Positions 19,345-29,477 of a stretch of DNA of 64,000 bases are shown here, in pieces. This DNA comes from an uncultured Candidatus Saccharibacteria bacterium (GTDB lineage: Bacteria; Patescibacteriota; Minisyncoccia; Phycocordibacterales; Phycocordibacteraceae): contig CAYUQB010000001.1 in the NCBI GenBank assembly GCA_964446735.1, forward strand, positions 444,460 to 508,459, written 5' to 3'. Position 1 is the stretch's first letter, and each line of letters begins with the position of its first letter. Under the pieces are notes generated by a model, which saw only the letters and a list, made by a program, of their open reading frames with translations, ran no database searches and was not told where the DNA came from. The translations under genes were made by a program, and so were the position numbers.

Positions 19345-20088
19345 ATGATCAGTATCTATACACTTATAAGTGTTATCGCCATCAGTCTCATTTCCTTTGT
19401 GGGTGCTGTAGCCCTCACCCTGAAGGGTGATCTGCTGAAGCGAAGTGTATTCATATTGGTAAGTCTTGCGGTCGGTGCGCTTTTGGGCGATGTATTCGTA
19501 CACATTATTCCGGAAGCGTATGGAGAGCTTGATGATCCGCTTCTGATCTCACTCGCGTTCATCGCAGGCATATTACTATTCTTTGTTCTCGAGAAGGTCT
19601 TACACTGGCATCACCACACCTCTGAACATGTAGAGGAACATCCCCATCCAGTAGGGAAGATGGTGCTCATAGGCGATGGTGTCCATAATTTTATCGATGG
19701 TCTCATCGTTGCGGGAAGTTATCTTGTATCCGTTGAAGTAGGTATCGCGACCACCGTTGCGGTGATTCTTCACGAGATTCCTCAAGAGATCGGCAACTTC
19801 GGTGTCCTCATCCATGCCGGGTATACCAAAGCCAAAGCACTTTGGTATAACTTTCTTTCCGCACTTTCAGCAGTAGTGGGAGCGATTGTTGCTCTTGCCA
19901 TCGGCAGCATGACGGAGACCTTTGCCTTTTGGCTTCTTCCTCTTACCGCGGGAGGATTCATGTACGTTGCCCTCTCCGACCTTATTCCAGAACTGCATAA
20001 GGACCGTCGCCTCAGTCAGGGGGTCATTCAGGTACTCGCCATTATGGTCGGGGTACTCGCGATGACCGCGCTTCTTGTGCTTGAGTAA
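19345..20088 (+). CDS. ZIP family metal (zinc) transporter
   Basis: HIIPE, His-rich loop, GDGVHNFIDG, HEIPQEIG, SDLIPELH. Confidence 0.93.
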   Translation: MISIYTLISVIAISLISFVGAVALTLKGDLLKRSVFILVSLAVGALLGDVFVHIIPEAYGELDDPLLISLAFIAGILLFFVLEKVLHWHHHTSEHVEEHPHPVGKMVLIGDGVHNFIDGLIVAGSYLVSVEVGIATTVAVILHEIPQEIGNFGVLIHAGYTKAKALWYNFLSALSAVVGAIVALAIGSMTETFAFWLLPLTAGGFMYVALSDLIPELHKDRRLSQGVIQVLAIMVGVLAMTALLVLE

Positions 20089-20268
20089 TGTTAGTTGCGA
20101 ACGGGTCGACTGAGAACATTGGGAAATCAAGCCCAGCGGAATCGTCACCAGGAATTTTAGGTTATAAAACTTCTTTGTACGCACCCCGCTGCTAGAGAGG
20201 TGAAGACGTTTACGTCGTCTTTGCGGAGACAGATGGATTATGGCAAGCGTGAATGGTATAGTGCCGCC

Positions 20269-20931
20269 ATGGTTACCGCCGTCATCCCGGTTCGCGGTGG
20301 TTCTCGTCGCCTCAAGGATAAGAATATTCAACCGTTTGGCGACAGCAATTTGTTAGTACACAAGATTCGCCAACTCAAGCAAGTTCCGGCCATTGATTCG
20401 ATTGTAGTATCTTCGGATTCTGAGGTAATGCTTGATATGGCGACACACGAGGGTGTCGTTGCGCATAAGCGTGCTCCAGAATTTTGCGATGAGCAGTCAA
20501 AAACCTTTGGCGAAGTTGTTCGTCATATCTGTGAACAAGTAGAAGGCGACACCATTGTATGGGCGCTCTGCACACTGCCATTTATCGTACCGAAACATTA
20601 TCAAGATATGGTTGATATCCACGAGAGCCGTCTCGGCGAGCATGATTCGGTACTGGCTGCGGAACACTTTAAAAAATATCTCTTTAATGCACAGGGTCCC
20701 GTGAATTTTAAACTCGGCACTGAAGCAGTTGCATCCCAAAATCTACCCGAATTGTTTTGTGTTTACGGAGCGTCAGTTGCACCCCGGAACAAGATGATCG
20801 AGTGGCACCACCACATTGGACAGCATCCGTATCTCTATCCAATCCCCAAAATAAGCGGCATTGATATAGATGACGAGCTTGATATGAAAGTTGCTCGAGC
20901 ATGGTATCCGGACGCGGAACGGTATCTCTAA
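20269..20931 (+). CDS. Acylneuraminate cytidylyltransferase (NeuA family)
   Basis: AVIPVRGGSRRLKDKNI, VVSSDS, IDIDDELD. Confidence 0.88.
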   Translation: MVTAVIPVRGGSRRLKDKNIQPFGDSNLLVHKIRQLKQVPAIDSIVVSSDSEVMLDMATHEGVVAHKRAPEFCDEQSKTFGEVVRHICEQVEGDTIVWALCTLPFIVPKHYQDMVDIHESRLGEHDSVLAAEHFKKYLFNAQGPVNFKLGTEAVASQNLPELFCVYGASVAPRNKMIEWHHHIGQHPYLYPIPKISGIDIDDELDMKVARAWYPDAERYL

Positions 20932-21081
20932 GAGAAGGTAACGACACAGAAAACCTCCGTTTTGCCGAGATCTTCTCCTGTGGCATCATAAACCCGCACT
21001 GAGGAATGTAACGAAGCAGTATGGTCGCCAGTTATTAGTAGCGTATACTCTCCTGCGACAAGGCACCAATCTATTCTATCT

Positions 21082-21831
21082 ATGAAGGGAATAATCACGG
21101 CAGGAGGAAGCGGCACACGGTTGTATCCACTCACGGCCGCGACGAATAAGCATTTACTGTCGCTCTATGACAAGCCAGTCATTTATTATGCCGTTGATAA
21201 ACTGGTCAATGCGGGAATTGACCAGATAATGATCGTAACCAACCCGCAGCACATCGAGGATTTTGTGAAGCTGTTTGGTTCGGGTAAAGATTTCATTTCG
21301 AAGAAAACAGGCAAACAGATTCAAATTGTCTACACCGTCCAAAACGAACCGAACGGTATCGGACACACACTTTCAGTCGCGCGTGACTATATAGGAAATG
21401 ACTCGTGCCTTCTCTATCTAGGCGACAATGTCTTTGAGGACGATATCGAACCGCATATACGGAATTTCAAGAGCGGAGCTAAAATATTTCTGAAACAGGT
21501 TCCCGATCCAGAGCGATTCGGTATAGCCGAATTAGATAAACGAGGGAGAGTCATCAGCATTGTTGAGAAGCCCAAAAAACCGAAATCGTCGTACGCGGTT
21601 ACTGGTCTCTATATGTACGACAACTCTATTGTTGAGAAATCCCGCCATCAAAAACGCTCTGCACGCGGTGAATTTGAAATCACGGCGCTCAATAATCTCT
21701 ACATCAAAGAGGGGAGAATGCGAGCCGCTATCCTGGAGAAGGAATGGTTTGATATCGGGACCTTTGACAGTTTGCTTGATGCTTCTTTATATATGCGCAA
21801 CAAAAGGAACGGTAAATTGAACCCTCTATGA
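21082..21831 (+). CDS. rfbA: Glucose-1-phosphate thymidylyltransferase (RmlA-like)
   Basis: AGGSGTRLYPLT, KHLL..YDKP, LGDN, EKP, RGEFEIT, WFDIGT. Confidence 0.88.
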   Translation: MKGIITAGGSGTRLYPLTAATNKHLLSLYDKPVIYYAVDKLVNAGIDQIMIVTNPQHIEDFVKLFGSGKDFISKKTGKQIQIVYTVQNEPNGIGHTLSVARDYIGNDSCLLYLGDNVFEDDIEPHIRNFKSGAKIFLKQVPDPERFGIAELDKRGRVISIVEKPKKPKSSYAVTGLYMYDNSIVEKSRHQKRSARGEFEITALNNLYIKEGRMRAAILEKEWFDIGTFDSLLDASLYMRNKRNGKLNPL

Positions 21832-22796
21832 GGAACGGCTTCTCTGACGTTGTCTTCGTGACAGGCGGCGCTGGATTCATCGGAAGTAATTATCTCAATA
21901 CCTATGTTCCAAGGTGCCCAGAGCGTCTATTCGTAAATATCGATTGTCTTACCTACGCAGGGAATGTTGAAAATGTAACGGTAGATAAGGAAAAGAACTA
22001 TATTCTTGAAACGGTTGATATACGAGATGTTGAAAAGCTTACGTCGCTTTTTGAGACCTATGCTCCAACCGGCGTTATTCACTTTGCTGCTGAAAGTCAT
22101 GTGGACGTCAGTATTGAGAATCCTGACGTATTTATTGGCACGAACATTGTTGGTACACATAACCTTCTCAAACTTGCACGGGAATATCGCGTGAAGCGGT
22201 TCCATCAGATATCAACAGATGAAGTATATGGAGCGTTATCAGCAGAGGATTCAGCGTTCACAGAAGATGCTCCACTTACTCCCCGAAACCCGTACAGCGC
22301 CTCTAAAGCTGCAGCCGACCTATTAGTGGGGGCATATCATGAGACATTTGGACTTAACACGGTCATTACGCGGTCTAGCAACAACTATGGCCCGAACCAG
22401 GATCTTTCAAAAGTAATTCCCAGTTTTATAACCAAACTGCTCCGTGGTGAGAAGGTTCCGCTCTACGGAGAAGGCGCACAGATGCGCGAATGGGTATACG
22501 TGGGAGATTCTGTTGACGCTATACACCTTGTGTTTGAACAGGGTGTAAACGGTGGGATGTATAACATCGGTAGCCAGCACGAGATGAGCAATTTACAGCT
22601 CACCAAGGCACTTCTTTCGCTCACCGGCCGCGATATGTCCTCTATTTCCTATGTTACTGACCGGTTAGGGCACGATTTCCGTTATTCACTTGATAGTAGT
22701 AAACTCCGAAATGAACTTGGCTGGGTGCCTAAAGTGTCGTTTGACGTTGGATTACGCAACACATTCGAACACTATAAGCGGATACATTCGGCATAA
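21828..22796 (+). CDS. rfbB: dTDP-glucose 4,6-dehydratase
   Basis: TGGAGFIGS, HFAAESHVD, STDEVYG, YSASK, NNYGP, DRLGHDFRY. Confidence 0.95.
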   Translation: MRNGFSDVVFVTGGAGFIGSNYLNTYVPRCPERLFVNIDCLTYAGNVENVTVDKEKNYILETVDIRDVEKLTSLFETYAPTGVIHFAAESHVDVSIENPDVFIGTNIVGTHNLLKLAREYRVKRFHQISTDEVYGALSAEDSAFTEDAPLTPRNPYSASKAAADLLVGAYHETFGLNTVITRSSNNYGPNQDLSKVIPSFITKLLRGEKVPLYGEGAQMREWVYVGDSVDAIHLVFEQGVNGGMYNIGSQHEMSNLQLTKALLSLTGRDMSSISYVTDRLGHDFRYSLDSSKLRNELGWVPKVSFDVGLRNTFEHYKRIHSA

Positions 22797-22802
22797 GAGA
22801 TT

Positions 22803-25205
22803 ATGGCGACAAAAAAACAAAAACGAGCATATGTAATCGGCGCTGGCATGAGCGGGCTTTCAACTGCGCTCCGTCTTGCAGAGCTTGGAGTACAAACGAC
22901 CGTTATAGAAAAAGAAAAATATGTGGGCGGTATGGCCGGCAGTTTTTCGTGGGGCGAGTTTAAACATCTTGATTATGGACCCCACATCTATCATTCACCC
23001 GATGAGCAACAAGTTGCTCGATGGGAAAAGGAATTCGGCGATCTCTTTTTTAAGAGTGAGCCGTGGGGAAAAAATGTAAAAGGAGAGAACTTTGATCAAT
23101 ATTTTGATTATCCGCTTTCGTATGCCTCACTCAAGAACTTTCCTAAGGAATTGCGTGAGCAGATTCTCGATGAACTTGCTCGGGTAGATATCACCCGGCG
23201 AGCGAAAGCAACAAATTATTCAGAATATGTACGCGAGCTCGTCGGGCCTACTCTTACGAAGATATTCTTTACTGATTACCCACAAAAACTGTGGGGCGTT
23301 TCGGTTGAAGAAATGACCGCGAATTGGGCTCCGAAGCGCGTGACACTTCGCACAAAACAGGAACATGCTCATGCCGGCCAGTGGTGTGCAGTGGGTAAGG
23401 AGGGGTCGGGGGCGATTCTCGAGCGAATGGCAGAGCGCTTTAAAAAAGCCGGCGGCACTTTGCTACTAGGGAGTGCAGTCGCTCGTATTGTGCACTCTCG
23501 TGGTGTGGTAAAGAAACTCATATTACAGAACGGCAAGTCTATTTCCCTTGCTCCCGAAGACGTGGTTGTCTCAACCATGCCCATACATATCCTTGCTGAA
23601 TATCTCGGTATTAAAAATAATCTCAAATATCGGGGAGCGAAACTCGTGTTTGCGGCTCTCAATACTCCAGTTGCGATACCTGATAAGTTTAAGTATTTGT
23701 ACTACGACGCTCCAGACATCATCTTCCATCGCGTTAGCGAACAAAAGAAATTCTGTGCAAACGGGTTTCCGAAGAACAAGACAACTTTGTCGTGTGAGAT
23801 TTCGTATATGCAGGGAGACGCGCGAGACAAAATGGATGAGAAAAAAATCATGGAGAAAGCGGCAGAAGACCTCATAAAAGTTGGACTTGCGAAGGAAGGA
23901 CAAATCTACGATCTCAAAATGGTGTCCCTGCCTTTCATGTACCCCCTCATGGTAAAGGGAAGTGAGAAGGAGCTTGCAGAGGTGCGTAGTGCGCTTTCGG
24001 CATATACTCAGCTTTATTTCATCGGTACAGGGGGCAATTTCCACTACGCTGACCTGCAGATCTTGAACGTGCAGGGAATTGATCTTGCAGAACGGCTTGC
24101 AAGCGCAGAGGCAGGGGAGAGCGAGAAAGAACTCGTGAAGCAGGATTACACACACGAATTCAATAAGAAAGTTAAGTTCGGCTCTTTCGAAGTATCAGAT
24201 GACGCGCCTGCTTTTATTATTGCAGAGATAGGTCACAACCATAATGGCAGTTTGAAGCTCGCATATGAGCTTATTGATAAAGCAAAAGAAGTTGGCTGCG
24301 CTGCGGCGAAATTCCAGACATACAGCGCAGATCGTGTTTCAAAAGCAGTGAAAGGCAACCGGTATGCGGAGGAACTGGTAGATCAAGAGGAATCTATTTA
24401 TGATACGTACACTCGTCTACGGCTTGATAAAGAAGCGCATAAGAAAATATTTGCTTATGCGAAAAAAAAGGGAATAGACGTTTTCTCCACGCCGTCTGAT
24501 ATCGAGAGTGTCGAACTGCTCGAATCTCTCGGCTGTCCCTATTACAAAATTGCCTCAATGGATCTCGTGAACCTTCCGCTTATTCGTAGGGTGGCTAGTA
24601 CCGGAAAGCCACTCATCATGTCGACTGGCATGTCCACGCTCGGTCAGATTGAAGACGCGGTAAACGCCGTACGAGAGACGGGTAATCGGAACTTGGTGCT
24701 GCTCCATTGCGTATCGGCATACCCTGCTTCTTCTCAGGAGGTACACATGAGAGTCATGGATACGCTTCGACAGGCATTTGGCGTGCCTGTCGGCTTCTCA
24801 GATCACACTATAGGACTCACCGCGTCTACGGTTGCGCTTGCGCAAGGCGCATGCTCAATAGAGCGGCACTTCTCTCTCGATCGTTTTATGGAAGGACCTG
24901 ACCATATTTTTTCTTCTGACGTCGAAGAAATGAGAGAGCTGGTACGTTTGAGCCATCTTATTCCACTTATCAGAGGACGGGGCGAGAAGGTCATTCTTCC
25001 GAGCGAGACAGAAACGGCTAACCGTTTTAAAAAGTGCTTATATGCAAGAAAGGATATCCGTCGCGGACAAAAGATAACCGCTGCCCACCTCATACTCAAA
25101 GGCCCTGGTGGCGGCATATTACCTAAATACGAAGATATAGTGATTGGGAAAATCGCACGTCGAGCCATTAAACGTGATCACCCTATTCGTTGGGAAGATA
25201 TATAA
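22803..25205 (+). CDS. Fusion: FAD-dependent oxidoreductase (UDP-galactopyranose mutase-like) plus NeuB-family nonulosonate synthase with SAF domain
   Basis: N-half GAGMSG, DYGPHIYH, KLWG..WAPKR; C-half IAEIGHNHNG, KFQ, KIASMD, STGM, HCVSAYP, GFSDHT, ERHF, GPDH. Confidence 0.88.
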   Translation: MATKKQKRAYVIGAGMSGLSTALRLAELGVQTTVIEKEKYVGGMAGSFSWGEFKHLDYGPHIYHSPDEQQVARWEKEFGDLFFKSEPWGKNVKGENFDQYFDYPLSYASLKNFPKELREQILDELARVDITRRAKATNYSEYVRELVGPTLTKIFFTDYPQKLWGVSVEEMTANWAPKRVTLRTKQEHAHAGQWCAVGKEGSGAILERMAERFKKAGGTLLLGSAVARIVHSRGVVKKLILQNGKSISLAPEDVVVSTMPIHILAEYLGIKNNLKYRGAKLVFAALNTPVAIPDKFKYLYYDAPDIIFHRVSEQKKFCANGFPKNKTTLSCEISYMQGDARDKMDEKKIMEKAAEDLIKVGLAKEGQIYDLKMVSLPFMYPLMVKGSEKELAEVRSALSAYTQLYFIGTGGNFHYADLQILNVQGIDLAERLASAEAGESEKELVKQDYTHEFNKKVKFGSFEVSDDAPAFIIAEIGHNHNGSLKLAYELIDKAKEVGCAAAKFQTYSADRVSKAVKGNRYAEELVDQEESIYDTYTRLRLDKEAHKKIFAYAKKKGIDVFSTPSDIESVELLESLGCPYYKIASMDLVNLPLIRRVASTGKPLIMSTGMSTLGQIEDAVNAVRETGNRNLVLLHCVSAYPASSQEVHMRVMDTLRQAFGVPVGFSDHTIGLTASTVALAQGACSIERHFSLDRFMEGPDHIFSSDVEEMRELVRLSHLIPLIRGRGEKVILPSETETANRFKKCLYARKDIRRGQKITAAHLILKGPGGGILPKYEDIVIGKIARRAIKRDHPIRWEDI

Positions 25206-25220
25206 CTTTTACTGCACATC

Positions 25221-26081
25221 ATGAGCAGTAACCCTCAAAAAATAATAGTAACGGGAGGTTCAGGCTTCATTGGTTCAAATCTTGTTGAGGAACTTCGTAC
25301 GCAGGGGTACGACGTAGAAAGTATTACATCAGCTGAGAATGACATCCGCGATACCGAGTTACTCAAAGAAAGGTTTGCTGGCGCACACATAGTATTCCAC
25401 TTGGCAGGTCTCTCACGAGTAAAGGACGCACTTGACCGTCCACTGGAGTCGCATGAAGTAAATGTAACCGGCACGCTCTCTGTACTTGAGGCGGCAAGGC
25501 ACGCGGGAGTAAAACGGGTTGTGTTCGCGTCCTCAAGCGCCGTTTACGGTCCACAAAACGACCTGCCTTTTCGAGAAAATATGAGTGTACGGCCCGAACA
25601 TCCGTACGCGCTCCAAAAATATATCGGTGAGATGTATTGCAAACTCTATAGTGAATTGTTTGGGCTAGAGACAGTATGTCTGCGTTATTGCAATGTTTAT
25701 GGCAGCGAGGATGCATTTAAGAATCGTGGGACCACGGTTATTTCGCATTTTCTCACCTTACAAAAGGAGGGGAACCCGCTCACTATAGCTGGAAACGGAG
25801 AACAAAAGCTTGATTTTGTACACGTGCGCGACGTCACTCGCGCAAATGTGCTTGCCGCGAAAAGTGAGCTTGTTGGGAAGGGAGAAATTATCAATATAGG
25901 TTCTGGAGAAAACACCTCAATACTTGAGCTCGCGGAGCTCATCGGTGGGCATGTTGAATTTATGGAAGTGCAGACAGACCAGCAGAGCACCTTAGCAGAT
26001 ATAACCCTTGCGAAGAAGCTGCTTGACTGGGAGCCGCAAATTTCCCTCGAAGAGGGAATAGCTGAACTCAAAATTGTTTGA
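25221..26081 (+). CDS. NAD-dependent nucleotide-sugar epimerase/dehydratase
   Basis: TGGSGFIGS, ASSSAVYG, YALQK, NVYG, DFVHV. Confidence 0.92.
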   Translation: MSSNPQKIIVTGGSGFIGSNLVEELRTQGYDVESITSAENDIRDTELLKERFAGAHIVFHLAGLSRVKDALDRPLESHEVNVTGTLSVLEAARHAGVKRVVFASSSAVYGPQNDLPFRENMSVRPEHPYALQKYIGEMYCKLYSELFGLETVCLRYCNVYGSEDAFKNRGTTVISHFLTLQKEGNPLTIAGNGEQKLDFVHVRDVTRANVLAAKSELVGKGEIINIGSGENTSILELAELIGGHVEFMEVQTDQQSTLADITLAKKLLDWEPQISLEEGIAELKIV

Positions 26082-26133
26082 AACATATAACGCGCGCCAT
26101 CACGGCTACGATTTCTAGTATTCGATCTTCAGG

Positions 26134-26218
26134 CGGAGGAGGTGGGATTCGAACCCACGAGGCCTTGCGACCTGGCGGTTTTCAAGACCGCTCGTTTCGA
26201 CCACTCACGCACTCCTCC
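26134..26218 (-). tRNA. tRNA-Ser(UGA)
   Basis: GGAGGAG acceptor, GCGGT-CT-TGA-AA-ACCGC, long variable arm. Confidence 0.93.
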
Positions 26219-26225
26219 GAGTTAC

Positions 26226-26480
26226 CTATACGCCCGGTGTTGATGACACTACCGGAGTAGCTCGCTTCTTGGCAAAGCCAAGCAGATAAATAAGCTCAAG
26301 AATACCGATAGTGTTCACCAGAAGAAGTACCACGAACCACGCGGTGTGGCCATTGCGAGCTGACTTCCAGAGGGCGACGCCCTTAATTGCGACCGTCCAT
26401 ACAACAAGAACTACGATAAGAATCAAGCCAAGCGCACCCATACTTCCAACGAAGGTAAGCAGTTCTGCGTCAGTGTTCAT
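26226..26480 (-). CDS. Small membrane protein (DUF5652-like)
   Basis: WTxxIKGVALWKSAR..WFVVLLLVNTIGILELIY. Confidence 0.75.
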   Translation of the reverse strand: MNTDAELLTFVGSMGALGLILIVVLVVWTVAIKGVALWKSARNGHTAWFVVLLLVNTIGILELIYLLGFAKKRATPVVSSTPGV

Positions 26481-26526
26481 GGCTGCGAGTATAGCATGCA
26501 GGCCATTGGCCATGTAGCATGCAGGT

Positions 26527-26931
26527 ATGCGTTATCTCGGCATCGACTACGGTACCAAGAAGGTCGGTCTTGCACTCTCTGATGAAGCGGGGGTTATGGG
26601 ATTCCCATACGAAGTAATTCCAAACGATGCACACCTTCCTGATGCGCTGGTGCTTCTCGTGCAGGCAGAACATGTCGGGGGAATTGTTATCGGTGAGTCT
26701 CGGGACTTTTCAGGAGCGCTTAACCCGGTAGCAAACCCTGCATGTGCCCTTGGTGAGGAACTCGCCGAGCGAACGGGAGTACCTGTCTTTTACGAACCGG
26801 AACATCTCACGACTCAAGAAGCACGTCGTGATTTCGAAGGGCAGCGTACCAATAAGGGGAACGTAGACGCATCTGCTGCTGCTCTGATCCTTACCAGCTA
26901 TCTTTCTCACCATGGAAAAACCCCGAATTAA
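26527..26931 (+). CDS. ruvX: YqgF/RuvX family nuclease
   Basis: LGIDYGTKKVGLALSD, EHLTTQEA, DASAAALIL. Confidence 0.92.
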   Translation: MRYLGIDYGTKKVGLALSDEAGVMGFPYEVIPNDAHLPDALVLLVQAEHVGGIVIGESRDFSGALNPVANPACALGEELAERTGVPVFYEPEHLTTQEARRDFEGQRTNKGNVDASAAALILTSYLSHHGKTPN

Positions 26932-27253
26932 TATCGACGAATTCAGCAAGATAGAGGTGAAGGTGGGAACGGTATGTTCTGCCGAACGGGTGCCTGATAC
27001 CGATAAGCTGCTGCGTCTTACGGTCGACTTTGGGGAAGATACTGGTCCGCGCCAGATCGTGTCAGGCATTGCTGCGTACGTGCCCGACCCAGAGACGCTC
27101 ATCGGGCGTCAATTGGCATTCGCAACGAATCTTATGCCCCGTACACTTCGAGGACTGGAGAGCGATGGCATGCTGTTTGCGGTTGGGGAAGGGGACTCTT
27201 TTGCGTTTCTGACCCCTGATCGTCCGATTCCACCAGGAACAAGTGCGCACTAA
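26912..27253 (+). CDS. Stand-alone tRNA-binding OB-fold protein (MetRS C-terminal/Trbp111/CsaA-like)
   Basis: IDEFSKIEVKVG, DKLLRLTVDFG, RQIVSGI, NLxPRTLRGLESDGM. Confidence 0.88.
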   Translation: MEKPRINIDEFSKIEVKVGTVCSAERVPDTDKLLRLTVDFGEDTGPRQIVSGIAAYVPDPETLIGRQLAFATNLMPRTLRGLESDGMLFAVGEGDSFAFLTPDRPIPPGTSAH

Positions 27254-27290
27254 CTCGTTTGCGGGTGAGTGCACGGTATACTAGCTACAA

Positions 27291-28379
27291 ATGAACGGAG
27301 CGTTCACCCGATTCTTGCGCGCTGAATTTGCGCCTCCTTCGTATCTTTCGCAGCCGACTGCTGGCATCGATATTTCCGCAAGCGGTATTAAGCTCGCGGT
27401 ACTCAAGGAACGCAGTCATGGCCTTGAGCTCGCTGCATTTGAGGACGTCGGTCTTCCTGAGGGTGCCATTGTAGGCGGAGAGATCACGGATAGTAAGGCG
27501 GTGATCGAGGCGCTTAAAACACTCACAAAGCCCTATCGGGTCGCAACTGCCAACATTACTCTTCCGGAGGCGCGCACCTATCTCTTTGAAGCTGAAGTGC
27601 CTGGTCGCTCGATGCGGGAATTGCGCACCGCAGTGGAACAGCACCTGGATGAGTATGTGCCGCTCCCGCCTGCCGAAGTCGTGTTCGATATCGTACCGGT
27701 TGTTCGAACCGGGGATACCACACACGTGGTTGGGGTAGGGGTGGCACATCGTGTGGTCGATCTTGCACTCTCGGTATTCGATGAGGCAGGGATACGAGTT
27801 CGCTCAATAGAAGGCGAAACATTCGGTGTTCCTCGCGCATTGCTCCCAACTGGTAATAGCGAAACCGTGCTCATTATCGACATCGGTCGGACAACGACCA
27901 AACTCGACATCGTATCCCATCGCATTCCAGTCTTTGCGACTACGCTCGACATTGGTGGCCAGGCACTCACGTCGGCAGTGCAGAAATACTTCGGGGTAAC
28001 CGAAGAGGAGGCGAAACGGGTGAAGGCAGAACGCGGCCTGGTTCCGAGCGAGGAAAATGCCGAATACCTTGCTTCCATGCTCTCGACCGTATCGGTGATT
28101 CGTGAAGAGGTAACGAAACGTCTTGAATACTGGCAAGGACGTGCGGCAGTGGGTTCTGCCCATGAACCAGTTACCCGTGCCATCCTCGCAGGCGGTAATG
28201 CGACGTTACGTGGGCTCCCTGAATATCTTGAGTCGACGTTAAAGGTTCCGGTTGAACTTGGCGATGTATTCACGAATCTCGCCTCACGAGATCACTGGCT
28301 ACCACCCATCGACTACATGGAATCGCTTGCGTATGCGACCGCAATTGGCCTCGCGCTTCGTGAGCACTCTCCGCACTAA
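27291..28379 (+). CDS. pilM: Type IV pilus assembly protein PilM
   Basis: GIDIS, IDIGRTTT, LAGGNATLRGL, ATAIGLALR (actin-like fold). Confidence 0.88.
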   Translation: MNGAFTRFLRAEFAPPSYLSQPTAGIDISASGIKLAVLKERSHGLELAAFEDVGLPEGAIVGGEITDSKAVIEALKTLTKPYRVATANITLPEARTYLFEAEVPGRSMRELRTAVEQHLDEYVPLPPAEVVFDIVPVVRTGDTTHVVGVGVAHRVVDLALSVFDEAGIRVRSIEGETFGVPRALLPTGNSETVLIIDIGRTTTKLDIVSHRIPVFATTLDIGGQALTSAVQKYFGVTEEEAKRVKAERGLVPSEENAEYLASMLSTVSVIREEVTKRLEYWQGRAAVGSAHEPVTRAILAGGNATLRGLPEYLESTLKVPVELGDVFTNLASRDHWLPPIDYMESLAYATAIGLALREHSPH

Positions 28380-28383
28380 TTGT

Positions 28384-28944
28384 ATGGCCTCCGAACTACT
28401 CAACCTCCTGCCTCCCGAACGCCTTCGCGCATGGAAACGTGACTATTTCGTGCGACTCGCGACTGTGTGCGTACTGGCACTGACCGTTGTCGTTGTCGGT
28501 AGTGGTGCACTTTTGGTGCCTGCGTACCTGTATCTCGGGGAGCAAACCGAAGCACGACAAGCGTACGTTAAAACTCTTGATAAAGAGCTGGCAGACGCTA
28601 AGGAGAAGGGGACCAGCCAGCGACTGACCGCACTTACCGAGGGTGCAACGTATCTTGCACGACTGGCTACCACGACCACAGCGACCGGAGCGTTCCGTGG
28701 CGTACTTGCGGCCCCGCGCACCGGGGTCACTTTGACTGGTTTCACCTACACGTCCCCCACACAAGGAACGAATGGGCGAATGGATCTGAAGGGGCAGGCA
28801 ACAACACGCGAAGCACTTCGAGCATATACAGAAGCGCTCTCTGCACTGCCGTTCGTATCCAATGTTGAACTTCCGATAAGTGCCTATGCAAAGGAGCGTG
28901 ATATTCCATTTACGATCACGCTCACCGGTACCTTACGGCCATGA
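28384..28944 (+). CDS. PilN-like protein
   Basis: N-terminal NLLP motif, TM, GxAxTR; follows pilM. Confidence 0.75.
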   Translation: MASELLNLLPPERLRAWKRDYFVRLATVCVLALTVVVVGSGALLVPAYLYLGEQTEARQAYVKTLDKELADAKEKGTSQRLTALTEGATYLARLATTTTATGAFRGVLAAPRTGVTLTGFTYTSPTQGTNGRMDLKGQATTREALRAYTEALSALPFVSNVELPISAYAKERDIPFTITLTGTLRP

Positions 28945-29477
28945 ACTTGAAACCCTTCATTCCGCTCGTTATTGCGACCGCTATTCTTGCGGTTGCTGCA
29001 GGTATCTATGGGTTTGGGTACTACCGGCTCAGTAAGGGGGAAGCCAAAGTAATAGAGCTTGCAAAACAAATTGATACCAAGAGCCTCGAAATGGAACGTA
29101 TTGCTAAAGCGCAGGCAACCCTCACAACCCTGACGGCAGACGAAGAAGCACTTCGTGCCTATACCGTCGACACAAATGACATCGTGGCATTTCTCGAACG
29201 CCTCCAGTCTGCTGGTGCTCCGTTCGGTGCCACTGTAGAAGTCGTTTCTGTAACCCAGGATCGTGCTGCTCTACATAACCGCGTTACGACGGCACTCTCC
29301 ATTAGCGGCTCGTTCGATGCGGTGCTGCGAACCTTGGGTACCATTGAATATGCCCCATATGATGGCGTGCTTACATCGGTAAACTTCGATACCCCCGCGG
29401 ATGCGAAGGGGCGCACCTGGACTGCTAACGTTATTTATTCGGTCGGGCTTGCAGCGCCCACGTCCAAAAAACCATGA
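28941..29477 (+). CDS. PilO-like protein
   Basis: TM, coiled coil, GSFDAVLRTLxxIE; position in pilMN operon. Confidence 0.65.
   Translation: MNLKPFIPLVIATAILAVAAGIYGFGYYRLSKGEAKVIELAKQIDTKSLEMERIAKAQATLTTLTADEEALRAYTVDTNDIVAFLERLQSAGAPFGATVEVVSVTQDRAALHNRVTTALSISGSFDAVLRTLGTIEYAPYDGVLTSVNFDTPADAKGRTWTANVIYSVGLAAPTSKKP

Noticed and set aside
20223-20239. gcggagacagatggatt as a tRNA-Ser 3' remnant (att site) bounding the sugar cluster
   Set aside because: Only 12 of 17 nt match the tRNA-Ser at 26133-26149 and no integrase is present; too weak to call
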